From the NCBI GenBank assembly GCA_937982655.1, contig CALJLK010000407.1, positions 2,667-66,666 of the forward strand: DNA of 64,000 nucleotides. Direction: 5' to 3'. The DNA comes from an uncultured Sandaracinus sp. (GTDB lineage Bacteria; Myxococcota_A; Polyangia; Polyangiales; Houyiibacteriaceae). The notes beneath the pieces are model-generated. The model did no database searches and had not been told where the DNA came from. It worked only from the letters and a program-made list of their open reading frames with translations. Shown piece by piece: positions 1-8,967 of this stretch (position 1 is the first letter of the stretch; the number at the start of each line of letters is the position of its first letter). The translations under genes and the position numbers were made by a program.

Positions 1-769
1 GCAGATCGTTGTGTCCGGCGTCGCACGCGACCAAGACGCTTCGGGGCAACGCGCGGTGCAGACGCTCGCCGTGCGCGAAGGGGATCACCTCGTCGCGTCG
101 GCCGTGGAGGATCAACGCGGGCACGTCGGTGCCGCCGAGCGCGTCGAGGGTGTCGAAACGATCACGGATGAGAAAGCGCGGCGCGCGAAAGGCGTCCCAC
201 GCGACGTCGGCCACGCTGGTGAAGGTCGATTGAAGGATCACGGCCGCGGGTCGGTGCTCACGCGCGATCAGGCCCGCGGCACCACCGCCGAGCGAGACGC
301 CGTGGAGCACGACGCGCGAAGGATCGACGTCGGGACGCGCGACGAGGCGTGCACGAAACGCGAGCAAGTCGTCGCGGATCGCGGCTTCACTCGGTGAGCC
401 GGCGCTCCGCCCGTAGCCGCGATACTCCGGCAAGAGCACCGAGACGCCGAGCCGTCGATACGTCGCGAGCCACGCGGGCAGCGGGTCGATGACCTCCGCG
501 TTGCCGTGCGTGTAGATCACCGCGGGCCCGGGGCTCGTGGGCGACACGCCGTCGCCCGGAAGGAAGAACGCTTCGACGGGACCTTCGTCGCTCTCGTGCC
601 ACCAACGCTCGAGCCCCGGGGTTCGCGAAAAGAGTCGTTCGTCGGGCGGCGCCGCGTTCGGGTGGAACATCATCGCGCGCTGAAGCCACGTCAGGAGCAC
701 GAACCCTCCGAGGAGCACGAGCGCGAGGAGCGCGAGGCGGAGCGTACGACGACGGGAGGCATCGGCCAC
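1..769 (-). CDS. alpha/beta hydrolase with N-terminal membrane anchor (C-terminal end runs off the left edge)
   Basis: Absent from the track because no stop lies inside the window. My reverse-strand translation from GTG 769 reads VADASRRRTLRLALLALVLLGGFVLLTW (TM anchor), then AVIYTHGNAE, VVLHGVSLGGG (GxSxG nucleophile elbow), LILHGRRDEVIPF and ACDAGHNDL (catalytic His region). GC3 is high in this frame. Overlapping track ORFs 11..397+ and 387..1934- are Arg-rich shadows. Confidence 0.75.
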   Translation of the reverse strand, partial: MADASRRRTLRLALLALVLLGGFVLLTWLQRAMMFHPNAAPPDERLFSRTPGLERWWHESDEGPVEAFFLPGDGVSPTSPGPAVIYTHGNAEVIDPLPAWLATYRRLGVSVLLPEYRGYGRSAGSPSEAAIRDDLLAFRARLVARPDVDPSRVVLHGVSLGGGAAGLIAREHRPAAVILQSTFTSVADVAWDAFRAPRFLIRDRFDTLDALGGTDVPALILHGRRDEVIPFAHGERLHRALPRSVLVACDAGHNDL

Positions 770-971
770 GGGAGTCTCCTACGCACGGCATCGTGGTGGG
801 ATTCCAAGCCCTCGACGGAAGCTCGACGGTCGTGTGGAACGTCGATTGGCAGGCCGCGCCAGCGATCCTCGAGAGCCGAGCGAGCGAGCCGTTCTCGACG
901 CCTCTCGGGAGCGAGGAGCGGAGCCACGACTCTTGCGACGCGGCCCGGGGCTGCGACACGCTGTGCGAACG

Positions 972-2162
972 ATGCTCCGGGGTCCTCGCTGGGTCGTGCT
1001 CCTCCCCACTCTCGTGGGATCCGCGTGGCTCGGTGGATGCGTGGGGACGCTCCGCGTCGACGACGCCGACGGCAACGACGGCGGGATCCTCGACGCCGGC
1101 ATGCGCGACGCATCGCGACCCGTCGACGGCGACGCCGACGCGGGTGTGACCGACGCCGGCTCCGTCGTCGCGCCCGACGCGCGCGTCGACTCCGGGGGTC
1201 CGACGGATCCGTGCGACGGCGTGACGTGTGGGAGCAACGAGATCTGCTCGCGCGGGCTGTGCATCTGCACGGCGGGGTTCGCGCGCGTGGGTGGGAGCTG
1301 CGAAGCGAGCCCGGTGGGGGATCCCGCGAGCCACACGCGCGAGGAGGTGTGCGCGCGTTGGAACGAGAGCGCCGCCGTCTCGCCCGACTACTTCTCGGTG
1401 GGCGGCGCCAGCTGCGATCCCGGCGTGCTCTCCCCCGACGGCGTCAACGACGGCATGCGTCGCACCAACTTCTACCGCTGGCTCGTCGGGCTCGGCCCTG
1501 CCTCCGCCGCCGCCGCGAACGTGGAGGCGCAGCACTGCGCGTTGGTGTCGGCCTGGAATCCGGTCGGCCCGGCCGCGCACTTTCCGGAGCCGAGCGCGGT
1601 CTGCTACACGCCGGAGGGCGCAGCCGGGGCGGGCTCGAGCAACATCGCGTGGGGCAACCACACGCCCGTCTCCGCCATCGACGCGTGGGTCGACGATTGG
1701 GGGAACGAGACGACGATTGGACACCGTCGCTGGATCTTGAACCCACCCCTCTCCGACGTGCAGCTCGGCCTCTACCAGGGCGGCACGTCGTTCGGCGGCG
1801 CGTCCTGCATGTCGGTCTTCGGCATGGGCGGCTCGGGCCCCCGTCCGGACTGGACCGCGTATCCGCCGCCCGGCTTCAGCCCACGGAGCTTGCCCGGCGT
1901 GGGCTCGGGCTTGTCCAATCAGTGGACCTTCCACGCGCCGTGGGACTTCAGCGCGGCCACCGTGACCGTCACGCGCCTGAGCGATGGCGCCGACCTCCCC
2001 GTCCGCATCCTGCCGCTCTCCTCGGGCGGCGGCTTCGGCTACCCACCGGCGACGAGCTGGGTGCCGATGGGTTGGTCGGTCGCGTCGGACGAGACCTACC
2101 GCGTCGTCGTCACCGCTGGGAGCCAGAGCGCAACCTACGACGTGCGTCCCGTCGACTGTTGA
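972..2162 (+). CDS. secreted lipoprotein with CAP/SCP/PR-1-like domain
   Basis: Track ORF 834..2162 trimmed to ATG 972, which gives the signal peptide plus lipobox MLRGPRWVVLLPTLVGSAWLGGC. Followed by a DAG-rich linker and an EGF-like Cys knot CDGVTCGSNEICSRGLCIC. The motif IGHRRWILNP matches the GHRxNILNP signature of bacterial CAP domains. Confidence 0.7.
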   Translation: MLRGPRWVVLLPTLVGSAWLGGCVGTLRVDDADGNDGGILDAGMRDASRPVDGDADAGVTDAGSVVAPDARVDSGGPTDPCDGVTCGSNEICSRGLCICTAGFARVGGSCEASPVGDPASHTREEVCARWNESAAVSPDYFSVGGASCDPGVLSPDGVNDGMRRTNFYRWLVGLGPASAAAANVEAQHCALVSAWNPVGPAAHFPEPSAVCYTPEGAAGAGSSNIAWGNHTPVSAIDAWVDDWGNETTIGHRRWILNPPLSDVQLGLYQGGTSFGGASCMSVFGMGGSGPRPDWTAYPPPGFSPRSLPGVGSGLSNQWTFHAPWDFSAATVTVTRLSDGADLPVRILPLSSGGGFGYPPATSWVPMGWSVASDETYRVVVTAGSQSATYDVRPVDC

Positions 2163-2195
2163 CGTCGCGACGTCGACGTCACGCGACGGCGCGCG

Positions 2196-2867
2196 TCAGG
2201 GAGTGGGGTCGAGGGAGCTCGGGCCGCCGTATTCGAGCACCGAGGTGCGCACGCTGCCGTCCGGCTCGCGCACCACGATCACGAGGTCCTGGTAGCGCTC
2301 GAGGATCGACACGCCCTCCGCGCCGAGACCGCGGAGCAGCGCGGTGTTGTAGCCGCCCGAATGGCCGATCATCAGGACCGTGCTGCCCGACACTTCGCGC
2401 GCACGTTGCCACGCCGCCACCTCGGATCCGAACTCTGCCCACGAGGCCGTCATCGAGATCGGCGCCACCGTGACGGGCGTCCCCGTGCGCTCCGCGAGCG
2501 GCGCTGCGCTCTGTTGGTTGCGCAGGAACGACGTGACGACGATCTCCTCGAAGCCCGTCGCGCCCAGCAGCGTCGCGAGCCGCTCGGCTCGCGCCTGCCC
2601 CTCCGCGTTGATCGGCGGGTCGAGCCCCGGGTCGCGCTCGGTGTGGCGGATCACGTAGTAGGTCGTGGGACGCCCGCTGGGCGGTGGGCCCGCATCGGGG
2701 CGCGCCGCGGCGTCGGCACGATCGTCCCCCGCATCGCCCGATCCCGCGTCGACCGTGCCCCCGTCGAGCGCGACCGTGCCCCCATCCAGCGGGCACGCGT
2801 CGTCGTCCGCGCAGCCGACGCCGAACGAGAGAACGAGCATGATCAGAGAAGCGCGAAGGGCAGGCAT
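2196..2867 (-). CDS. histidine phosphatase (phosphoglycerate-mutase-like) family lipoprotein
   Basis: Last 223 aa of track ORF 2196..4379-. ATG 2867 gives the lipoprotein signal MPALRASLIMLVLSFGVGC. Contains YYVIRHTERD (RHxE phosphohistidine motif) and LMIGHSGG (second catalytic His). The upstream roughly 500 aa of the track ORF is Arg-rich shadow, antisense to real genes. Confidence 0.8.
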   Translation of the reverse strand: MPALRASLIMLVLSFGVGCADDDACPLDGGTVALDGGTVDAGSGDAGDDRADAAARPDAGPPPSGRPTTYYVIRHTERDPGLDPPINAEGQARAERLATLLGATGFEEIVVTSFLRNQQSAAPLAERTGTPVTVAPISMTASWAEFGSEVAAWQRAREVSGSTVLMIGHSGGYNTALLRGLGAEGVSILERYQDLVIVVREPDGSVRTSVLEYGGPSSLDPTP

Positions 2868-2983
2868 CCGCGCAATCCTGGGGCGATCGCGTCGAGCGTC
2901 GAGGGCTTCTCGATGCGCCACGGCTGACGATCGAGAAGCTCTTCGAGCTGCCGCCGCTGCGCCTCGCACGAGGTCACGGCCGA

Positions 2984-3799
2984 TCACGGTGGTGGCGTCA
3001 GCCCGCGCCGATGGAGCGCGTGGTAGAGCGCGGGCGCGGAGCGGTAGCCGAGGCGCGTCGCGATCTCCGCCCCTCGGAGCCGTCGGCCCCCGAGGAGGTT
3101 CCACGCGAGCTCGACCCTCAGCGTCGCGACGTACGAGCGCCAACCGTCGAAACTGGCGTGGTGGCGCCGGAAGTAGGAGCCGACTCGCTCCGAAACGCGC
3201 CGCTCCGGCAGGCCGAGCCCCGCCGCGAGGTCGTCGACGCCGGGGTGGCGATCGAGGTGACTGCACGCGCGCGCCACGAGATCGGCGATGCGCTGATCGA
3301 TTCCGTCCGCGCGGGCCTGCGCCGCGTCGAGCACCCGCGCGCGATCGAGGCCGGGTGGCGTGAGCACGTCGAGGAGCGCGCCGAGCGGGGCGGCGTCGGG
3401 TGAGCCACCGAGCGCGTCCGCGAGGCGGCTCGCACGCACACGCTGACCGGCGTCGAGCGGTGCATGCGCGAGCACGCCGTCGCACGAGCGCGCACCCACG
3501 ATCTGCAAGAGATCGCAGCGCTCGCTCGTCCGCACGAGCCGCGCGTGCTCCTCGCTGCCCACGAAGACCTCGCCCGCGCGCACGACGACTCCGCCCCGCG
3601 TGGTCTCGAGGTGGGCCTCCCCCTCGCGCACGATCCACACCCACGTGCGGTGTCCGGGGCTCGCGCCGCCGCCGAGCTCCATCGTCGCGAGCCCTCGCGT
3701 GCGCGTGCGCGCGACGATCACCGACGGATGCCGCCACGCGTCTTGGTGCATCTCGATCGCGCCGGGCACGAGGAGCCACCGCGGATGCGTCGCGAGCAT
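2984..3799 (-). CDS. AraC/XylS family transcriptional regulator
   Basis: Track ORF of 271 aa. N-terminal cupin-like sensor and a C-terminal double HTH (ERRVSERVGSYFRRHH...AEIATRLGYRSAPALYHALHRRG). Divergent from the hydrolase at 3875. Confidence 0.8.
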   Translation of the reverse strand: MLATHPRWLLVPGAIEMHQDAWRHPSVIVARTRTRGLATMELGGGASPGHRTWVWIVREGEAHLETTRGGVVVRAGEVFVGSEEHARLVRTSERCDLLQIVGARSCDGVLAHAPLDAGQRVRASRLADALGGSPDAAPLGALLDVLTPPGLDRARVLDAAQARADGIDQRIADLVARACSHLDRHPGVDDLAAGLGLPERRVSERVGSYFRRHHASFDGWRSYVATLRVELAWNLLGGRRLRGAEIATRLGYRSAPALYHALHRRGLTPPP

Positions 3800-3874
3800 G
3801 ACGAACGCTATCCGGCCGATCCGACCGGGAAAAGGTCAATGGTCGATCGCCGCACGAGACGTCATTCCGAGCCC

Positions 3875-5335
3875 ATGCGCACCGACTCTTCGCCTTCCTG
3901 CGGGTGGGCTCCGCTCCACGCGAGCCTCGTTTGTGTCTTGCTCGCCTGCGGCTCGAGCGCCGAGCCTCCTGCCGACGCGTCGATCGACACTTCCACGCTC
4001 GACGCATTCGTACCGGCCGACGACGCCGGATCCATCGACGCCTCGGTGCCCTTCGTCGAGTGCCGCGTCGCGCTCCCCTCCGACTCGGTCGAAGGCACCG
4101 ACGTGCGCTGCTTCGATCTCCGCGACGCGCGCGCGCTCCCCGAGATCCTCGTGCACGCGATCGTCTTCGACGCCGAGCTCGCGGGCACTCCGGTCTACGT
4201 GCTCGACGGCGGCCCCGGCCTGCGCGGCACCGCGTACGTCCGCTCGCTCGATCGGGAGACGCGTCGCGCGCGCTTCGGCGAGCGCCCGATCGTCTACGTC
4301 GAGCAGCGCGGCAAAGGCGCCTCGCTGCCGCGGCTCGCGTGCCCGAGCGGCGACCTCGTCTTCTGCGCGGACGAGGCACGCGCGGACGGAATCGATCTCA
4401 CACGCTTCGGCGTCACCGACGCGGCGGACGACGTCGTCGCGATCGCGACGTCGCTCGGTCACGAGCGCATCCTGCTCGCCGGCGGATCGTTCGGGAGCCG
4501 GCTCGCGCTCGAAGTGATTCGCCGTCATCCGGAGCGCATCGAAGCCGCGTACCTCGAGTCGCTCGTGCCGCCCGATCTCGCGTACCTCGCGAACTTCGTG
4601 CGTGGCACCGGGCTCGCGCTCGACGCGTTGGGTGAGGTCTGCGCGGCGGCCCCGACCTGCGAAGGAGACGTCTCGACCGACCTCGTGCGCGCGCTCGAAC
4701 GCGCAGCCGAATCGCCGCTCGACTCGAGCCTCGGTCCGCTGTCGCCGCCGATCGTGACGATTGCGATCGTGGAGGCGCAGTACCACCAGGATCTGCTCGG
4801 CGGCATCCCGAGCGGCCTGCGCGCGTTGGCCGAAGGCGACCCCGACGCGAGCACGTTCGTTCGAAGGGCGCTCTCGCGTCCGCCGCCCGTGGACTCGTTG
4901 CTGCAATACGCGGTGCTCTGTCGCGACATCGCGCCGCTCTTCGATCGCGCCGACCTCGAAGCCGCCGTCGCGGAGGTGGGACCTCCGCTCGGACCGTGGC
5001 TCGAGCCGTTCGGCACCTCGCTCGACGTGTGCGCGGAGCTCGGCGTCGCCGCGGGTCCCGCCGAAGCGCGGACGCCCGTGACGACCGACGTGCCGCTGCT
5101 GCTCGTCGCCCCCGAGCTCGACGCGCGCACCCCACGAATCAATGCCGAGCGTGTGGCAGCGACGGCCTCGCGCGCGCGCATCGTCGACCTCCCCGGTCGC
5201 ACCCACACCCCGGGCCTCGCGCTCCAAGCGGAAGGTCGTTTCCTCGACGCGTGTGCGGCCGAGGTGGTGCGGACGTTCCTGGACGATCCGGACGCGGAGC
5301 TCCCGAGCTGCGAGGCCGCGATCGTGTGGGAGTGA
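3875..5335 (+). CDS. secreted alpha/beta hydrolase lipoprotein (tripeptidyl-aminopeptidase-like)
   Basis: Last 486 aa of track ORF 3464..5335+. ATG 3875 gives the signal plus lipobox ...HASLVCVLLACGSS. Contains YVLDGGPG and the LLAGGSFGS nucleophile elbow, plus a C-terminal region typical of TAP-like hydrolases. Confidence 0.8.
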   Translation: MRTDSSPSCGWAPLHASLVCVLLACGSSAEPPADASIDTSTLDAFVPADDAGSIDASVPFVECRVALPSDSVEGTDVRCFDLRDARALPEILVHAIVFDAELAGTPVYVLDGGPGLRGTAYVRSLDRETRRARFGERPIVYVEQRGKGASLPRLACPSGDLVFCADEARADGIDLTRFGVTDAADDVVAIATSLGHERILLAGGSFGSRLALEVIRRHPERIEAAYLESLVPPDLAYLANFVRGTGLALDALGEVCAAAPTCEGDVSTDLVRALERAAESPLDSSLGPLSPPIVTIAIVEAQYHQDLLGGIPSGLRALAEGDPDASTFVRRALSRPPPVDSLLQYAVLCRDIAPLFDRADLEAAVAEVGPPLGPWLEPFGTSLDVCAELGVAAGPAEARTPVTTDVPLLLVAPELDARTPRINAERVAATASRARIVDLPGRTHTPGLALQAEGRFLDACAAEVVRTFLDDPDAELPSCEAAIVWE

Positions 5336-5547
5336 CTCGGTCTGCGCGTTCGAGATCGCTCGGCGTTCGACGTCGCGGCTTCGTGGCGTGGGCCTCGCCC
5401 GCCGCAACGCTTCGCCGCTCTTCTCGGTGACCCGTCGGCGTCGGACGCTCTCGAAAGAGCGGCGCACGGGCTCACAAAGCCGACCCGACCGGTCGGCAGC
5501 AGGTTCCTCCTCGTCGAGTCGCTCTCACGGCTCGCGAGGAGACCTCC

Positions 5548-6456
5548 ATGAGCCAGAAGAATCTCGAATCGAACGACGAGACGGTGTTGGTGTACGGCGC
5601 GACGGGCGCACAAGGCGCGAGCTTGCTGCGTGCGTTCGTCGCCGCAGGCTTCGCGACACGAGGCCTCGCGCGAGACGACCGAGAAGCCGCGCTCGTCCGG
5701 AGCGCGGGCGCCCGTGCCACCCTCGCGAACCTCGACGACCCGGCGTCGTTGCGGCGCGCCTCGGAGGGCGCGACCTCCGCGGCGATCGTGCTGCCGCTCG
5801 AGTACGACGTGGAGGTCGCGGTGCGTCACGGTCGCGACGCGATCGACGCCGCCGTGCAGGCCGGCGTTCGTCACGTCGTGTTCGACACCAGCATGCGTTG
5901 GCCGACCGAGCGCACCGAAGTGGCAGCGTTCGAGATCAAACGCGCGGTCGCGGATCACCTCGTCGCGCAGCCCGTCGCCACCTCGATCGTGCGACCCACG
6001 TTCTACCTCGAGAACCTGCTCGGCCCGTGGACGCTGCCGGGCATCGTCGAGCACGACACTTTCGCGTACCCACTCCCCGCGAATCTGCGCGCCGCGTGGG
6101 TCTCGCACGACGACGTCGCGCGTGCGGTCGTCGAGATCGCGCGGCGGCCGGAGCTCGCGGGGCGAGCCTACGAGATCGGCGGCGAGCGCGCGGTGACGGG
6201 CCCCGAGCTCGCGGCTGCGCTCTCCGACCACTTGCGTCGTACGATTCGCTACGTGCCGATCGATCCCAGCGACTTCGAACGTGCCCTCGCCGCCGCGGTG
6301 GGTGCGGACGCCGCGCACGAGATCGCCGCGCTCTACGCGTGGTGCGCGCGCGAGGCGACGACCTCGCTCTTCGACGCGCGGCCGAGCGCGCTCGAAGCGC
6401 GTGCGACGCCGCTCGCCGACTGGGTCGCCGCGCAGCGCTGGGAGATCGCGCGATGA
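5548..6456 (+). CDS. NmrA-like / atypical SDR NAD(P)-binding protein
   Basis: Track ORF of 302 aa with the VLVYGATGAQGASL Rossmann motif. GGAG sits about 8 nt upstream of the ATG. The stop overlaps the next start (ATGA at 6453-6456). Confidence 0.85.
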   Translation: MSQKNLESNDETVLVYGATGAQGASLLRAFVAAGFATRGLARDDREAALVRSAGARATLANLDDPASLRRASEGATSAAIVLPLEYDVEVAVRHGRDAIDAAVQAGVRHVVFDTSMRWPTERTEVAAFEIKRAVADHLVAQPVATSIVRPTFYLENLLGPWTLPGIVEHDTFAYPLPANLRAAWVSHDDVARAVVEIARRPELAGRAYEIGGERAVTGPELAAALSDHLRRTIRYVPIDPSDFERALAAAVGADAAHEIAALYAWCAREATTSLFDARPSALEARATPLADWVAAQRWEIAR

Positions 6457-7082
6457 CCCCGACGCTCGTGTACGGCTTCGATCCGCTCTGCGGCTGGTGC
6501 TACGCGTTCGGCCCGACGCTGCGCGCCTTGCGCGAGACCTTCGCGGATCGCGTCGCGATCGAGATCGCGTGCGGAGGCCTCGTCGTGGGAGACCGCGTGG
6601 GGCCGATGCGTGAGATGCGCGACTACCTTCGCGAGGCGTATCCACGGGCCGAAGCGCGGAGCGGCGTGCGCTTCGGGCGCGGCTTCACGGAGGGGCTCTT
6701 GAACGACGACGACGTGGTCCTCGCGTCGGAGCCGGCGTGCCGAGCGATCGTGATCGCGCGCGAGCTCGGGAGTCGGGAGCAGACGCTCGACCTCGCGACG
6801 CGGCTGATCGACGGCCTCTACGATCACGGCTTGGACCCCACGCGTCCCGAGGTCCTCGAGCGCTTCGCGCGAGAGGTCGGCCTGCCCGGGCTCACCGCGC
6901 GTTGGTCGACCGAGGACGCACGCGCGCGCACCGCGCGGCACTTCGAGGAGTCGCGCGCGATCGGGATCTCGATGTACCCCACGCTGCTCGTCCGCTCGAA
7001 GGACGAGACGCGTCTCGTGCTGCGTGGCTACGCTTCGGTCGCCGATGCGCTCGAGCGCGTCGAGGCGGCGTTGACGACATGA
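6453..7082 (+). CDS. DsbA-family thioredoxin-fold protein (CGWC active site)
   Basis: C-terminal 209 aa of track ORF 5142..7082+. The ATG at 6453 overlaps the upstream stop. Begins MTPTLVYGFDPLCGWCYAFGP (CxxC). The rest of the long track ORF is shadow. Confidence 0.8.
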   Translation: MTPTLVYGFDPLCGWCYAFGPTLRALRETFADRVAIEIACGGLVVGDRVGPMREMRDYLREAYPRAEARSGVRFGRGFTEGLLNDDDVVLASEPACRAIVIARELGSREQTLDLATRLIDGLYDHGLDPTRPEVLERFAREVGLPGLTARWSTEDARARTARHFEESRAIGISMYPTLLVRSKDETRLVLRGYASVADALERVEAALTT

Positions 7083-7119
7083 GCGCGAGACCACGCATCG
7101 CATCGACGGAGCCTCGCGC

Positions 7120-7965
7120 GTGGACCCGCTGAGCGCCGCGATCGAGGAGCTCGACGTGCGTGCGGCGACCTTCGAGCTCGCGCGGGTCCGCGTCGGGGGG
7201 CCGCGGCACGTTCGGAGCTCCGACGTCACCGTGCACGTGGTGGAGCGCGGCGAGCTCCGTTGGCAGATGGCCGGCACCCGACGCGCGCTCTCCGAGGGAG
7301 AGCTCGTGTTCGCGCTCGGCGGGACCGAGCACGTGCTGCACGCCACGGGTGACGACGCCGAGGTGCTCGTCGGGCGAGTCGCGCTCGAAGCGCAGGATCA
7401 TCCCATGTTGATGTCGCTGCCGGCGGTGCTCCATCGGCGTCGCGACGATCGCGTCGCGCGACACCTCGACGCGATTCGCTTCGAGCTCGCGTCTCCCACC
7501 GACGGAAGCCACGCCATCATCCGACGCCTCACCGAGGTCCTGTGGATCGAGGCGATCCGCGCGCACACCGACGAACACGCAGAGTGTCCGGCGAGCGGAT
7601 GGTTCCGAGGGTGGCGCGATCCTTCGCTCGCGCGGGTGCTCTCGGCGATCCACGCCGACGTCGCCGCACCGTGGACCGTGGCGTCGATGGCGAGCGCGGC
7701 GGGCCACTCGCGTTCGACCTTCGCATCACGATTCGCCGAGGTCCTCGGCGAGCCCCCGCTCGCGTACGTCACGCGCTGGCGCATGTTCCGAGCGCGCACG
7801 ATGCTCCGAACGACCGACGCGTCGCTCGACGAGATCGCCGCGCGCGTGGGCTACGCGAGCGCGGCCGCGTTCGCGGTGGCGTTTCGTCGGATGCACGACC
7901 GGACCCCGGGCGCGTACCGGAGCTCGGAGCGCGCCACGAACGGGTCGTCCGACGCGGAGCGCTGA
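7120..7965 (+). CDS. AraC family transcriptional regulator with cupin sensor domain
   Basis: Track ORF of 281 aa with a GTG start. The C-terminal segment HSRSTFASRFAEVLGEPPLAYVTRWRM...IAARVGYASAAAFAVAFRR is a classical AraC HTH pair. Confidence 0.85.
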   Translation: MDPLSAAIEELDVRAATFELARVRVGGPRHVRSSDVTVHVVERGELRWQMAGTRRALSEGELVFALGGTEHVLHATGDDAEVLVGRVALEAQDHPMLMSLPAVLHRRRDDRVARHLDAIRFELASPTDGSHAIIRRLTEVLWIEAIRAHTDEHAECPASGWFRGWRDPSLARVLSAIHADVAAPWTVASMASAAGHSRSTFASRFAEVLGEPPLAYVTRWRMFRARTMLRTTDASLDEIAARVGYASAAAFAVAFRRMHDRTPGAYRSSERATNGSSDAER

Positions 7966-8014
7966 TGCGCCGTCGAACGTGCTCGCCACCTCGCTTCGAT
8001 GCGAAGCTCTGGCG

Positions 8015-8875
8015 ATGAAGCTCGGCTGGACGGAGGTCCGTCGTGAGGCCTTCGACGGCCCCGACGTCGAATGGTGGGAGACGCGCGCGGGGATCGTCCG
8101 CGCCCGGCGAAGCGCGTGCGAGGTGGGCCCGCGGCTGCTCTTCGCCTCCGACGGGCCCAACGTGCTCGAGCACTACGACGGCCTCTTCGACGCGCTCCGT
8201 GGCCGCGCGGACGTGGTGGTCTACGAGCCGCCGGGCACGGGAGGATCGGTCCCTTCACGCAGCTTCGGATTTCGCCTCCCCGACTTCGCCCGCAACGCCG
8301 AGGAGGTGTTGGAGCGGGTGGGCCCGCGCGTGCTCGTCTTCCCTTGCTACATGAGCTTCGTCGCGGGCGCGCTGAGCCGCTCGGGACGCGCGGACGTGCT
8401 CGGCGTCGTGCTGCCTCAAGGTCCGTCGTGGGCGCAGATGCGTCGCTGGATGGCGCGGGTGGATCCGAAGCGTGTCCTGCGGACACCGATGCTCGGACAG
8501 GCCGTGCTCGGTCTCGTTCCACGACGCGTCGCGCGCGGATGGTACGCGGGCAGCGCGAGCCCCGCCGCACGTGAGATGCTGGCCGCCACCGCGGATCTCG
8601 TGTTGAGTCGCGGCGGCTGCTTCCACTTGGCGTCGTTGACGCAACGCTTCGAGAAGGGCGCCGACACGAGAGACGATCTCGGCTCCGTGCCCTCCGTGGT
8701 CGCCTGGGGAGACCTCGACCGATCCCACGGCCGCCCCGCGGACGTCACGTACCCCGAAGCGCGTTCGATCGTGCACTTCGAGACCTGCGGCCACAGCCCG
8801 GAGCTCGAGGCACCGCAACGCTTCGCCGAGTGGCTCCTCGGTTGGTGCGCCGACGTCGGTCTCGCGGGCGCTTGA
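8015..8875 (+). CDS. alpha/beta-hydrolase-fold protein (non-canonical nucleophile position)
   Basis: Track ORF 7979..8875. I prefer ATG 8015 (MKLGWTEV), with GTG 7979 as an alternative. Fold markers are VVVYEPPGTGGS and the C-terminal FETCGHSPELEAPQRF. The expected GxSxG position reads FPCYMSF. Confidence 0.65.
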   Translation: MKLGWTEVRREAFDGPDVEWWETRAGIVRARRSACEVGPRLLFASDGPNVLEHYDGLFDALRGRADVVVYEPPGTGGSVPSRSFGFRLPDFARNAEEVLERVGPRVLVFPCYMSFVAGALSRSGRADVLGVVLPQGPSWAQMRRWMARVDPKRVLRTPMLGQAVLGLVPRRVARGWYAGSASPAAREMLAATADLVLSRGGCFHLASLTQRFEKGADTRDDLGSVPSVVAWGDLDRSHGRPADVTYPEARSIVHFETCGHSPELEAPQRFAEWLLGWCADVGLAGA

Positions 8876-8881
8876 GACACG

Positions 8882-8899
8882 GAAACCCAGAACGGTTTC
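8882..8899. terminator. weak hairpin between convergent genes
   Basis: GAAACC-cagaac-GGTTTC, a 6-bp stem in an unusually AT-rich patch between the stops at 8875 (+) and 8968 (-). There is no U-tract, so its function is uncertain. Confidence 0.25.
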
Positions 8900-8967
8900 A
8901 ATCGCACTTCCTCAGAGACGTCACACGCGACGAGCACGTCGGCATCTCGTTCGACGCGACGTCCGAA

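Noticed and set aside
387-2473. A 515-aa minus ORF (387..1934) and a 655-aa plus ORF (506..2473).
   Set aside because: They overlap the better-supported hydrolase (1..769-) and CAP lipoprotein (972..2162+). They are Arg-rich with no signal peptide or motif.
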